Shown: one piece after another, positions 1 through 9,952 of the stretch
Position numbering within the stretch: the first letter of the stretch is position 1
How the letters are laid out: the number at the start of each line of letters is the position of its first letter
Source: an uncultured Bryocella sp.
GTDB lineage: Bacteria; Acidobacteriota; Terriglobia; Terriglobales; Acidobacteriaceae
NCBI GenBank assembly: GCA_964235515.1
Contig: CAXSBL010000006.1
Location: 3,186 to 67,185 of the forward strand
Direction of reading: 5' to 3'
DNA: 64,000 nt
Notes under the pieces: generated by a model
What the model saw: only the letters and a program-made list of their open reading frames with translations
Database searches by the model: none
What the model was told of the DNA's origin: nothing
Translations under genes and position numbers: made by a program

Positions 1-919
1 GCGTACCGTCCTTCTTCCACGTAAACCGTTGCGCTCGCGTGGATCGACCCTGCACCGTAGGTGCAGCGGTGGACTTCGCCGCATACAGCAGCCAATCCGC
101 CCCGTTACGCCCCACGGCAAACGTGCCGCGTCCCGGGCCCCAGACCCCGTGCTCCGGCGAAGCCGCAAACACCGGCTCCGGCGACTTCACCCAGTTTGTT
201 GGCTGCAGCGGATCGCCGCCCTTGAACGTCAACAGACCCAGGCAGTACCGGGGCGACGCCGTGTCCGAAGCTGAGAACACCACAAACGTCTTTCCCGCGT
301 GATACAGCGCCGTCGGTCCCTCATCCACGGGGTAGTTGCGCGTGCTGCCGGCACCCTTTTCCCAGGGGTACTCCGGCTTCGCAATCAACGTTGCCGCGCC
401 TACCGGCTGCATCGGTCCTGCCAGGCGCACCATGTGAATCTCATTCGCTCCGCTGTCCACCGTCACATACATCAGGTACGGCATCCCGCCCACCGTCAAC
501 ACCGATGGATCAATCGCCGCATGCCCTCCGAGGTCCAGCGCTCCCTTGAAGCTGTAGCTTCCGAGTGCATTGTCTGTCTCGGACTCCAACGCGTAGATGG
601 CATGTTTCTTGCCCGGCACCGTCGCGGTGAAGTAAATCCACCACCGCCCGTCCATATGCCACAGCGTCGGGGACCACAGCTCCCGCAACCCATTGCTCGG
701 CGTAAACACTGTCCTGGCGTTCATGGCCGCTGTTTCCACGGTTGGTCCACTCCAGATCGTGATGTTGTCGCCGGTCGTTGCCAGCAGCAGGTAGCGCCCG
801 GCCACCGGCTGCGACGTGATGAACGGGTCTGCATGGTCCAGGATCGGGTTCTTCGCCGTTTGTGCCGTTCCAGGCACGGCAGCGACCAACAAAGCCAGTG
901 AGACAAGGAAACGCGGCAT
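1..919 (-). CDS. Secreted glycoside hydrolase family 43 (3' end runs out of the window)
   Basis: Manual translation from ATG at 919: MPRFLVSLALLVAAVPGTAQTAKNPILDHADPFI...LWSPTL...IDPSV...PWE...DEGP...GPGRGTF...DWLLYAAK...RSTRAQRFTW. Signal peptide plus GH43 five-bladed propeller motifs; no stop before base 1. Not in the ORF track. Confidence 0.85.
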   Translation of the reverse strand, partial: MPRFLVSLALLVAAVPGTAQTAKNPILDHADPFITSQPVAGRYLLLATTGDNITIWSGPTVETAAMNARTVFTPSNGLRELWSPTLWHMDGRWWIYFTATVPGKKHAIYALESETDNALGSYSFKGALDLGGHAAIDPSVLTVGGMPYLMYVTVDSGANEIHMVRLAGPMQPVGAATLIAKPEYPWEKGAGSTRNYPVDEGPTALYHAGKTFVVFSASDTASPRYCLGLLTFKGGDPLQPTNWVKSPEPVFAASPEHGVWGPGRGTFAVGRNGADWLLYAAKSTAAPTVQGRSTRAQRFTWKKDGT

Positions 920-1118
920 GCTTTCTCCGCAGTCCAGCCTAGTCCAAATTTTCTGCTGACACTAGCGCCGGTACGGTTACCTTAGTCGCCTTGGGTGTTG
1001 CGGGGTGTCCTGCTTGCGGTGGATGCCGAAGGACGGCGCATCGGGTCGCCGCAGGAACAAGACATGCTCCCTCAACCCAGGCCAGATTTGAACAGAGTGA
1101 TCCGCGAAGGAACGTAGA

Positions 1119-1889
1119 CTACCGGACCGAGATGCCTGAAAGGCGGGCGCACGCGTCGAGCAAGCTGTCCTGCAGATGGGAGTCACGGGTGGCGCCGGCC
1201 GGCTCCCGCCGCTGCAGGTGGTAGAAGTATTGGCCCGTGGTCATAGCGCCTGGGTCTTGGCTGACGGCAAGCCACGCCTGCGTCAGGTGACCTTGGGCGA
1301 GGTCTCCCGTTGCCTTTGGACCGCCCATTTTGGTTGGTACCCAGCCGGGTTCCATGGCATTGGAGAGGACATCCGGCCAAAGGCGGGCGAAGGCAAAAGC
1401 CAGCAATACATCGTGAAACTTCGTGTCTGCGTAGGCACGACTGCCGTTCCAGGAACGCCGCTCCCAGGTGAGGTCGCCAAGATGCTGTTCGCCTCTGCTG
1501 TGCAGTTCGGAGCTGACATAGACCAAGCGACCGGGTTTACGCATCAGCGCGGTAAGGACGTAGGGCGCGAGGGTGTTGATCTGGAAGACCTGGGGCAAAC
1601 CGTCGGCTGTGAGCTTGCGAGTCTTCTCCTTGTATCCGATTGCGGCGTTATGGATTACCGCGTCAAAGGAGCCGAGTTGGTTGGCCGCCACGGCGAGCGC
1701 AGAGGTCTGGTCGAGACTGGCCAGGTCGCCGAGGAGTACAGCTTCGGCGCCGGGAAGCTGCTGGTGAGTATGCTCGGCACGCTCCGTGTTGCGAGCATGC
1801 GCCACCACCGTGTGGCCTTGCTCAAGGAGCGATTTTGCGGCCATCAGACCAAGACCGTCAGAAGATCCAGTAATGAAGATGCGTGCCAC
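1119..1889 (-). CDS. Short-chain dehydrogenase/reductase
   Basis: TGSSDGLG Rossmann motif, HNAA, YADTK catalytic YxxxK, PGWVPT. Confidence 0.9.
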   Translation of the reverse strand: MARIFITGSSDGLGLMAAKSLLEQGHTVVAHARNTERAEHTHQQLPGAEAVLLGDLASLDQTSALAVAANQLGSFDAVIHNAAIGYKEKTRKLTADGLPQVFQINTLAPYVLTALMRKPGRLVYVSSELHSRGEQHLGDLTWERRSWNGSRAYADTKFHDVLLAFAFARLWPDVLSNAMEPGWVPTKMGGPKATGDLAQGHLTQAWLAVSQDPGAMTTGQYFYHLQRREPAGATRDSHLQDSLLDACARLSGISVR

Positions 1890-2024
1890 ATGAACTCCTC
1901 ACTATGGGATGAGATAACCGGCCAAAAGGGTGAGACGGCTGGATAAAGCTGGGGCTTTGGATCTGCAGCGAAGATACACGCTACCCCGAAACGAACGCCG
2001 GTCGCGAACGGGTAAAACGTAGTG

Positions 2025-3227
2025 TCAATTTACTGGCTCCCGGACGGGAACCTGGCGAGCTATCGAAAACTGAACCTTTAATGACGCGTGTGCGCTGCCG
2101 AGGCAGACCAGCAGCTTCTTGCCCGGACCTTTAAAGCCGTAGTTGATGTGGGCTACGCCGTTTGGATCAATCCTGGAGACGACTGGAGGGTCGGGAGAGA
2201 TGTCGTGGACGTCGACAGTGTCGATGAGCGAGGCTGTGGCCGAGATGGCCTTTTCATGCAGTGTGCTATCGAGCGCGACCGGGACCTCGAGACCGGCATC
2301 GGCGTTGGTCTGGTTGCAGCCTGCCTGGAGGCCGGCGATGACGTTGTCGCGGGTCACAACCTGGTCCTCCAGGATGGGATTGTCGTAGTAGACGCGGCGA
2401 AAGAAAGCATACGCCGGGGCCTTGCGATCGAGGGGCTTGATCATGTGAATGTGATCGGCAGGGATCTCCTGCGGCGGTGTGGTGACGTCGCAGCCGTACG
2501 TGGCGCTGAAGTAGCCGACAACCCGGGTATGCGGTTTGAGGTAGCGAATGAAGCCATCGTCAGCTACCGTGTCTCGATCTTCATAGGCGCAGAACCGATG
2601 AATGCCGTTGACGGAGGGGCTGCTCCGCCAGTGGTCTTCCAGTTGTGTGAGGAAATTGTTGTTGGCGGCGTCGCTGAGATCGTTGAGCAGAGGGTCTTTG
2701 TCATAGAGCGAAGCGACGCGGGCGACCGTCGAGCCCTCGTGCGGGGTGCCATAGGAGACCACGAACCGGACTTTGGCGGCATCGGCCGGATGGCGCAGCA
2801 GCATCTCCTCGACCAGAATGCCGCCGAGGCTATGGGCCACAAAGACAACCTCGCGATGATCCCAGACGTGGTCCTGGCGGAGGCTCTTCCAGAGAGTGTC
2901 CGCCAGCTGCACGCTGGACATCTTGCCGTTTGAGGCAGGCGATGGGTACTCGGCTACTACAACGTCAGAGTAGGCGAAGTGTAGGTCGGTTCTGACGAGA
3001 TCGGGCCAGTAAGCGCCGTTGGCGGCACGCCAGGATTCCCGGTCGCCGTGCAGGCCGTGAACGAAAACGATGACGCGAGGACGAATGGGGAGAGGCGCAG
3101 AGCTTTGCTGAGGGGCACTCTGCATCTGCATGGCCGCTTTTTTGGGGCTTGCGGCGAGGCTGTTTCCAGGTAAAAGACCGGTCAGGCAGCAGAAGATCAG
3201 GAGGCAATCAAGTGTGGCAGGGCGCAT
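2025..3227 (-). CDS. Secreted alpha/beta hydrolase (PGAP1/DUF676-like) with an extra C-terminal domain
   Basis: VFVHGLHG, AHSLGG nucleophile elbow, GTPHEGS, ADHIHM. Start placed at ATG 3227 because a signal-peptide-like stretch follows; the ORF-track extension to 3722 is probably spurious. Confidence 0.7.
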   Translation of the reverse strand: MRPATLDCLLIFCCLTGLLPGNSLAASPKKAAMQMQSAPQQSSAPLPIRPRVIVFVHGLHGDRESWRAANGAYWPDLVRTDLHFAYSDVVVAEYPSPASNGKMSSVQLADTLWKSLRQDHVWDHREVVFVAHSLGGILVEEMLLRHPADAAKVRFVVSYGTPHEGSTVARVASLYDKDPLLNDLSDAANNNFLTQLEDHWRSSPSVNGIHRFCAYEDRDTVADDGFIRYLKPHTRVVGYFSATYGCDVTTPPQEIPADHIHMIKPLDRKAPAYAFFRRVYYDNPILEDQVVTRDNVIAGLQAGCNQTNADAGLEVPVALDSTLHEKAISATASLIDTVDVHDISPDPPVVSRIDPNGVAHINYGFKGPGKKLLVCLGSAHASLKVQFSIARQVPVREPVN

Positions 3228-3739
3228 AGTCGCTACTATCAGTATCCACGCAAAATTGCGCGACAGAGCTCCTGATGGGAGAGGACCCGATACGGATAAG
3301 GGAGAGGGTCGACTGCTTCTTACGGCCATCCCGTTTGCAGAGAGTACATTTGCGGACCGAATCGGGATTAAACCCAAGGGGATCGGATTGGGATAGAAGG
3401 TGGCAGAAACGTGTGGACCGCCGAAGCCCCCGAAACGGTACGATCCTGCAGCGGTAAGATCCGTCGTCATTGCAAGTGTAAGGCCCCGGCTACACGTTCG
3501 CGGAGAGAGTGGCTTAGCTGCAATTTCCGCCAAGGCGACGTGTAAGTACACACCTAACATTTGCTGACAGGGGCACTTATCGAGGTGTGTGTCTCGTTTT
3601 GACACAGTGTATGCCCCGTCCATCATCATCGATGCCCCGGCAGTGCAATGGCTCCTTTGATGGCCTAACGCATAAAAGAGAAACAAGCCCAATCTGCTGT
3701 TTGGGGCAGCGTGGGCTACCACTTAGGGAGTAATGAGCT

Positions 3740-4243
3740 ATGACTAGATTTTTAAGGCGGAAGAGCGGCTCCGGATGGCTGCTCGGTTCGCTGATCCTGC
3801 TATGCACCATCAACCGGGCACAGGCCTCAACGGCAACCACGACGTTCGGTGTAAGTGCTACCGTTCAATCGACGTGTCTGATCTCCGCAACAAGTCTGGC
3901 GTTCGGGACCTATACCGGCACCGCGGTGAATTCAACCTCGACTGTTTCCGTCACCTGCACCAACACGACTACCTACAACGTCGGCTTAAATGCGGGGCTG
4001 GCTAGTGGCGCCACGGTCACCACGCGCAAGATGACGGGACCCTCCTCGTCGCTGCTTGCATACTCGCTTTATTCCGACTCAGCCCGTTCTGTGAACTGGG
4101 GGCAGACCGTCGGGACGGATACGGTATCAGGCACGGGAAATGGATCTGCGCAATCTCTGACCGTTTACGGTCTTTTGCCTGCGGCTCAATATGTGAACCC
4201 CGGCAGTTATACAGACACGATCACAGCAACCATAACTTATTAA
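3740..4243 (+). CDS. Csu-type (spore coat U domain) major pilin
   Basis: Signal peptide, two Cys, Thr/Gly-rich beta sequence, C-terminal PGSYTDTITATITY typical of SCPU/CsuA-B pilins. Confidence 0.85.
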   Translation: MTRFLRRKSGSGWLLGSLILLCTINRAQASTATTTFGVSATVQSTCLISATSLAFGTYTGTAVNSTSTVSVTCTNTTTYNVGLNAGLASGATVTTRKMTGPSSSLLAYSLYSDSARSVNWGQTVGTDTVSGTGNGSAQSLTVYGLLPAAQYVNPGSYTDTITATITY

Positions 4244-4252
4244 GTGAATTAG

Positions 4253-5023
4253 GTGAACCAGATGGGCTTCCTCTACAAGGCACGAGATCGCAGGCGCTCG
4301 ACCGTACGGTGGACGGCAGCGCTCGTCTTGCAATGCAGCCTGCTGCTCGCCACACCCAAGAGCTGGGCTCAGGGATTGATGGTTCTGCCTGTCAACGTTC
4401 AGATGGGAGCGGGGCAGGATGCCACTACGCTGACCGTTACCAACAAGAGCGAAGACACAACGGCGTTTCAAGTTCGAGCCTATGCGTGGTCCCAGAACGC
4501 CGGGACCGATGAGCTTCTGCCCACAGATGTGGTCAGGATCAGTCCACCTATCGCCACAATCGGCCCAAGAGCAACCCAGGTAGTGCGCATCGTTCTTCGG
4601 GAACGTCCTCACAATCGAGAAGCGACGTACCGTCTGGTGCTCGACCAGATCCCCGCGCCTGCACAGGCAGGCAAGGTACAGCTTGTGCTTCGGCTGTCCA
4701 TTCCAATCTTCGCTCAACCGACAACGTCTACCAATGCTCATGTCCGATTCCATGTTGAGCATAAGGGCGAGGAGTACGCGCTTGTTGCGGACAATGATGG
4801 TGCTCATCACGAGAAGGTTAGGGACGCCCTCATCATCGCAGACAATGGGTTTACGGTCAGCGCCGTCACGAACGGGTCGCCCTACATCCTTGCGGGAGCG
4901 ACACGCCACTGGCCGATTGTCTGGCCTCAGGCCGGAACCATCAACACAAAGCAACTCCGCCTCACAGCAAAGGAGGACAAGGGGCAGATCCAGCAGGCAT
5001 TGATGATCGAGGATGTACCGTGA
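4253..5023 (+). CDS. Periplasmic pilus chaperone (CsuC/PapD-like)
   Basis: AFQVRAYAW, SPPIATI, QVVRI, EATYRLVLDQIP, LRLSIPIFAQP; lies between pilin and usher. Confidence 0.85.
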   Translation: MNQMGFLYKARDRRRSTVRWTAALVLQCSLLLATPKSWAQGLMVLPVNVQMGAGQDATTLTVTNKSEDTTAFQVRAYAWSQNAGTDELLPTDVVRISPPIATIGPRATQVVRIVLRERPHNREATYRLVLDQIPAPAQAGKVQLVLRLSIPIFAQPTTSTNAHVRFHVEHKGEEYALVADNDGAHHEKVRDALIIADNGFTVSAVTNGSPYILAGATRHWPIVWPQAGTINTKQLRLTAKEDKGQIQQALMIEDVP

Positions 5024-7365
5024 CTTCCACCGCGGCGCTGAACAAGGCAAGGAGCGTTGCATGCGCTGCTGTTCTTGCTTTCACTTGTTCCTGTCCGGCG
5101 CTGGCCGAAGAGCAGCTCTTGCTGGATGTACAAATCAACCACCATGCCGTCGGTAGGGTTGGCGAATTTATGTTGAGGGATCATCACCTCTACGCGCGCT
5201 CCGCAGAGCTTCGCGAGCTTGGCTTACGTGAACCCGCGGGAGCAAAGGCGGATTTAACGGATCATTTGGTCGATCTATCCGCCATGGCCTGCCTGCGGTG
5301 GCGCATCGACACGAGCACGCAAACTATCTTCATCACGGCCAAGGATCAGTGCCGCATACCGTCGGTGCTGCATCTGGAACAGCCTGCCGAAGAGGACGTT
5401 CTTGTGCGGAGCGGCATGGGCACCACCGCCAACTACAACTTCGTGAACACATTCGTTGCGCACCAGGCGACGACACACGGCTTGCTCGATCTGCGTGAGT
5501 TCTCACCCTGGGGCATCGTGAGCTCTACGTTTGTGGCTTATGCAGGAAAAGTCACGACTCCGGAACAGCGCCATGTGATTCGGCTGGACTCTGCCTACAG
5601 CTTTGCCGATCCCTCGAGTCTGCGACGTTATGTCGCCGGTGACTTCATCTCTGCCGGCCTGAGTTGGAGTCGTCCGGTCCACATGGAGGGAGTGCAGTTA
5701 CGGTCTGACTTCAGTCTCCGACCCGACTTGATTACCTTTCCCCTTCCCAGCATTAGCGGTTCCGCCGCGGTTCCCTCTACTGTCAGCATTCTTACAAATG
5801 ATGCTTCTCCGGTGAGTCGCTCCATAGAGCCTGGACCCTTTGAGGTGCCTCAGTTACCGGTTGCGACGGGGGCCGGCACTATTTCGCTGACCGTTGCCAA
5901 TGCACTAGGCGAACAGGTAGTTGTGAATCAACCGTTTTATGCCAGTGCCTCCCTGTTGACGCCTGGTCTACAGGCATATTCGTTGCAGTTGGGGCGGCTT
6001 CGTGAAGATTGGGGCATTGAGAGCAATCACTACGGTCCTTTTGCGATGGATGCCGCCTATCGCCGCGGCTTAACCTCGAAGCTGACCGCGGAGGGCACTG
6101 TGGAGATTACGCCCACGCTGGCAGCCGCCGGTGGCGGCCTGGTAGCGAATGCCTTCAATCGAGCGGTGGTGAATGCTGATCTCACGATGAGCGAGGGAGC
6201 CGCGGGTTCCGGAATACTGGCTTCCGTCGGCCTGCAACGGGTGGGAACCCGGTTGAGCTTTGGTTGGGTGGCCACCTTTGCTTCCCCCCATTATCGAGAC
6301 ACGGCTGCCCTGGACCAGGGTCCTTTGCCACAGCAGCAACTCAATGCCAATCTCGGCTTCAGCCTGCGGCGTTTCGGCTCATTGGCCGCTGCCTTTCTCG
6401 AGAACAGCCGTGCATGTTTAGGACAACCGCTGCAGACCTCGCTCGAGCTCACGCAAGCCGCACAGATCCTGTCGATTAACTATTCTGCGCAGGTGGGCAG
6501 ATTCGCTTTGATAGCCTCTGCCTTTCGGGACCTCTTACATCCCTCGGGCGGTGGCGTCACAATTGGCTTTACCGCCCCTTTGGGGAAGAGGGGTTCGCTT
6601 TCGGTAACTGAGGAAACCGGAACAGGCTGGGGACAGGTGCAGGCGCAACGGTCCGTTGCAAACGTAGGGGACTGGGGATACCAGGCCTACGCTGCTGGCG
6701 GCAATCAGGATCACGCTTTTATGGAAGCAGAATATAAATCAGGGCAAGGCCTGTTCTCCGTCGGCATTGACCATTCCAACAACCAGAACACAGCCACTAT
6801 CAAGTCGCAGGGTGCGATCTCCCTCTTCGACGGTGGGCTGTTTCCTTCCAACACCATCTATGACAGCTTTGCCGTCGCGGATACGGGTATGTTGACCAAC
6901 ATTCCCATTTACCAGGAGCATCGAGAGATCGGACGCACGAATTCCAAAGGAAAGTTTTTGATTGCTGACCTTCGCTCGTTTGACACCAACCTGATTGCGA
7001 TCGATGCGACTGATGTTCCCCTTGCATTCAGCCTCGAAGCAACGGATCGTAAAGTTCGTCCGCAAGATCGCACTGGCATTGTGGTCCGCTTCCCGGTACA
7101 CGTCACCCGCGGCGCGTTATTGAAGCTTTTGCAGCAGGATGGTCAGGTCGTGCCGGTGGGCAGCCATGCACGGCTGCTGCCGGCGGGAGAACCACTTCCA
7201 GTCGGTTACGACGGAGAAGTCTATGTGGAGGAAGGTCTGGCACCCCACAACACCTTGCGCGTCGACGAACCGGAGGGAGGTTCCTGCGAACTTGTCTTCG
7301 ACTACCGTCCAGGCCTCGAGAGCACGACGAGCATAGGACCGTTCACCTGCGTGAGAGAGCCATGA
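5020..7365 (+). CDS. Outer-membrane fimbrial usher (CsuD-like)
   Basis: 781 aa; GDFISAGLSWSRPVHMEGVQLRSDF, PSTVSI, PGPF, VGYDGEVY, C-terminal Cys pair; GTGA overlap with the chaperone gene. Confidence 0.9.
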   Translation: MTSTAALNKARSVACAAVLAFTCSCPALAEEQLLLDVQINHHAVGRVGEFMLRDHHLYARSAELRELGLREPAGAKADLTDHLVDLSAMACLRWRIDTSTQTIFITAKDQCRIPSVLHLEQPAEEDVLVRSGMGTTANYNFVNTFVAHQATTHGLLDLREFSPWGIVSSTFVAYAGKVTTPEQRHVIRLDSAYSFADPSSLRRYVAGDFISAGLSWSRPVHMEGVQLRSDFSLRPDLITFPLPSISGSAAVPSTVSILTNDASPVSRSIEPGPFEVPQLPVATGAGTISLTVANALGEQVVVNQPFYASASLLTPGLQAYSLQLGRLREDWGIESNHYGPFAMDAAYRRGLTSKLTAEGTVEITPTLAAAGGGLVANAFNRAVVNADLTMSEGAAGSGILASVGLQRVGTRLSFGWVATFASPHYRDTAALDQGPLPQQQLNANLGFSLRRFGSLAAAFLENSRACLGQPLQTSLELTQAAQILSINYSAQVGRFALIASAFRDLLHPSGGGVTIGFTAPLGKRGSLSVTEETGTGWGQVQAQRSVANVGDWGYQAYAAGGNQDHAFMEAEYKSGQGLFSVGIDHSNNQNTATIKSQGAISLFDGGLFPSNTIYDSFAVADTGMLTNIPIYQEHREIGRTNSKGKFLIADLRSFDTNLIAIDATDVPLAFSLEATDRKVRPQDRTGIVVRFPVHVTRGALLKLLQQDGQVVPVGSHARLLPAGEPLPVGYDGEVYVEEGLAPHNTLRVDEPEGGSCELVFDYRPGLESTTSIGPFTCVREP

Positions 7366-8189
7366 AGCCACTTGCGAAGCCGTATTCTTTTCTTCTCGCG
7401 TTGCTGTCGGCTGGTAGCGCCGCCCGGGCCTGTACCCTGTCCTTCACCAGTCTGAGCTTTGGGACCTACTCGGGCGCGGCCACCACCGGCGTCAACCAGG
7501 CCACAGTCAATTGTGCGATTGGCACTAAGTACACGATCGGCCTGAACGCTGGTACGGGCTCGGGTGCTACAACAACCACGCGTGTGATGACGGGCCCCAA
7601 TGGGGCGACGCTTAAGTATCAGATCTTCCAAAATTCGTCCCGTACCACAAACTGGGGCAACACGACGGGGACAGACACCGTGGCGGGCACCGGTACGGGA
7701 AGCAATCAGACGATCTCTGCCTATTCGCAGATATTGGCCGGGCAGTTAGTTCAACCTGGGACTTATTCGGACACGATTTCGTCCAGCTCGGCTACCTTCA
7801 GCGTCGCAGCAACAGTACAGGCCACCTGTTCCATTTCGGCGAGTGCACTTTCTTTCGGCGTTTACACAGGATCCGCTCTGAGCGCCAGCTCCGGTCTCTC
7901 GGTGGCTTGCACGAGCACAACCACCTATACGATCGGGCTTAGTGCTGGAACGACTACCGGGGCCACCGACAGTAATCGCCTGATGATTGGGCCTTCAAAC
8001 AGCACGCTAAGTTACTCTCTCTACTCGGATGCAGCACAGACATCCAATTGGGGTGCGACCACAGGTACAGTGAGCGGCACGGGCAATGGAGCAACCCAGG
8101 CAATCCCTGTCTATGGGCGAGTGGCCGGTAACCAGTATAGAAATCCAGGCAGCTACACAGACACGATCACCGCCACGCTTACATATTAG
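7362..8189 (+). CDS. Two-domain SCPU pilin / putative tip adhesin (CsuE position)
   Basis: Signal peptide then two tandem SCPU-like domains, ending PGSYTDTITATLTY; ATGA overlap with the usher gene. Confidence 0.8.
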   Translation: MKPLAKPYSFLLALLSAGSAARACTLSFTSLSFGTYSGAATTGVNQATVNCAIGTKYTIGLNAGTGSGATTTTRVMTGPNGATLKYQIFQNSSRTTNWGNTTGTDTVAGTGTGSNQTISAYSQILAGQLVQPGTYSDTISSSSATFSVAATVQATCSISASALSFGVYTGSALSASSGLSVACTSTTTYTIGLSAGTTTGATDSNRLMIGPSNSTLSYSLYSDAAQTSNWGATTGTVSGTGNGATQAIPVYGRVAGNQYRNPGSYTDTITATLTY

Positions 8190-8875
8190 GGCGCTGTTAT
8201 GAAGTTGTACTTGGTAAGTTGACGAGTCTGGCACACATGGGGAGCGCGAAGGCGAAGAAGCGGAGAATCTCAGCGTCACGTCGAAGACTTTAATTTCGGG
8301 CGGACGGGGAGGTGCCGGCGAACCGCATCGGCAGGAGCGGTCCCATGCGGACCGTGCCCGGATCCCATCGCTGAGGGTAGACGGCTATGCGGTTCAGGCG
8401 CATCGCTAAGCACGCTTCACTAAGGACCTAGACCTTGCTCTGCGGGACGGGTCCAAGCTCAGCTGGTGCTGCCTGAGGCTACGGAACTCAACCTGCTGCC
8501 CGGGGGCACGTCCGTTTGTCCTGGTTCACTGGTCTGCCAATGTCGACCGAGGAGCCCAAGTTTCTTGGGCTGAGGATCCTGATCGAGGTCAAGCTCTCCG
8601 GTACGTGAGAGCATCATTGGGCCGCCTGCGGTACGCTGCCGAAGTGATTAAGCCGATCAGGGCGAACCGGCCGCAGGGGGATTTAGAGCAGGCTGTAGCC
8701 GGTGAGGAAGCGTACTGCGAGCTATGGTCGCTCTCCGTACGGAGGACATTACCGCACATGCCAAGGTGTGCCGAATAACTTGGCACACCTTGCACCAAAA
8801 GAACGGCATGAGCGATGACGAAGCCCTGCGTTCACGCCGACTTTGGACTAGACCGGCTACTTTGAATAGGTTAGA

Positions 8876-8951
8876 TGGTGGACGCGGAAGGAATCGAACC
8901 TTCAACCTGTCGATTAAGAGTCGAATGCTCTGCCAGTTGAGCTACGCGTCC
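8876..8951 (-). tRNA. tRNA-Lys(CTT)
   Basis: GGACGCG acceptor stem, D-arm GCTC/GAGC, anticodon loop CTCTTAA, T-arm GAAGG-TTCGATT-CCTTC, encoded ACCA end, 76 nt; U27-C43 mismatch at the top of the anticodon stem. Confidence 0.95.
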
Positions 8952-9077
8952 GCAGTGCGCATCTTGGGACCAGTCATCAAAGCCAGACCGTCCCAAGCAC
9001 TACATACTGATAATAGCATAGGGTTCGGCCGGTTCGGCTATCTGTGACCTGCGACATACTTCATTCGTTGCTACAAC

Positions 9078-9932
9078 TTAATCCACAAAATCCACTTCGG
9101 CGCGAGTCGGAATGATGCCACGCTCGTAGCCGAGGGAAAGTAGGCGCTGGATGGCCTCCCGGCCGTCCCTGCCATAGTCGATGGTGCGCTCGTTGACGTA
9201 CATGCCGACAAAGCGATTGGCCAGCGATGGATCGAGGTCGCGTGCAAACTGCATGGCATACTCTAACGCTTCGGCACGATGATCAAGGGCGTGCTGGATG
9301 CTCTCGCGGAGCGCCTCGGTCACAATGCGCTGGGTCTCTGGTGAGAGTGAGCGCCGAATAGCGTTGCCGCCCAGAGGCAACGGCAAACCGGTTTGCTCCT
9401 GCCACCAGACGCCGAGATCGATGATTTTCTTCAGGCCATCGTGAGCATAGGTAAGTTGGCCTTCATGGATGATGAGGCCGGCTTCATATTCACCGGCGAG
9501 CACGGCCGGAATGATCTGATCAAAAGGTACGCTTACGGTCTCGATCTCCGGGGCGAACAGTTTCAACGTGAGATAGGCGGTCGTGAGGGTGCCGGGGACC
9601 GCGACCCGAATACCCTTTAACTGCTCGAGTGTGAGCGCACGTGGCGCGACGACCATCGGACCATAATTCTCGCCCATGGACCCGCCGCAGGCCATGATGG
9701 CGTAGTTTTCTTGGATATAAGGATAGGCGTGAAAGCTTACCGCAGTGACGTCGTAGGTCTGTTCGTTCTGGGCCTTGCGATTCAACGTTTCAATGTCGGT
9801 GAGCGTATGGGTAAAACGAAACCCAGGAACGCGCACCTTGTTTGTCGCCAGACCATAAAACATGAAGGCGTCGTCCGAGTCGGGGCTGTGCGCAATGCTG
9901 ATTTCCTGAACCTGTGAAGGTGTTGCCAACAT
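9078..9932 (-). CDS. mqnD: 1,4-dihydroxy-6-naphthoate synthase (futalosine menaquinone pathway)
   Basis: ISIAHSPDSDDAFMFYGL, DIETLN, LIIHEGQL, LPLPLGGN, MYVNE; start trimmed to ATG 9932. Confidence 0.85.
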   Translation of the reverse strand: MLATPSQVQEISIAHSPDSDDAFMFYGLATNKVRVPGFRFTHTLTDIETLNRKAQNEQTYDVTAVSFHAYPYIQENYAIMACGGSMGENYGPMVVAPRALTLEQLKGIRVAVPGTLTTAYLTLKLFAPEIETVSVPFDQIIPAVLAGEYEAGLIIHEGQLTYAHDGLKKIIDLGVWWQEQTGLPLPLGGNAIRRSLSPETQRIVTEALRESIQHALDHRAEALEYAMQFARDLDPSLANRFVGMYVNERTIDYGRDGREAIQRLLSLGYERGIIPTRAEVDFVD

Positions 9933-9952
9933 AATGAAGTCCGTTTCCGGCG

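Noticed and set aside
61-130. Apparent frameshift near the GH43 3' end
   Set aside because: Careful re-reading gives a continuous frame (RGTFAVGRNGADWLLYAAK); no frameshift.
3566-3620. Nested hairpin upstream of the pilin gene, considered as a c-di-GMP riboswitch
   Set aside because: Pairing exists (GGGGCA/TGCCCC, TGTGTC/GACACA), but I cannot find the conserved class I or II motifs; an Rfam scan would be needed.
8724-8800. AKVCRITWHTLH resembling a tyrosine-integrase HxLRH motif
   Set aside because: The RH is absent, flanking frames have stops and no other integrase motifs, and the segment coincides with a DNA inverted repeat that explains it.
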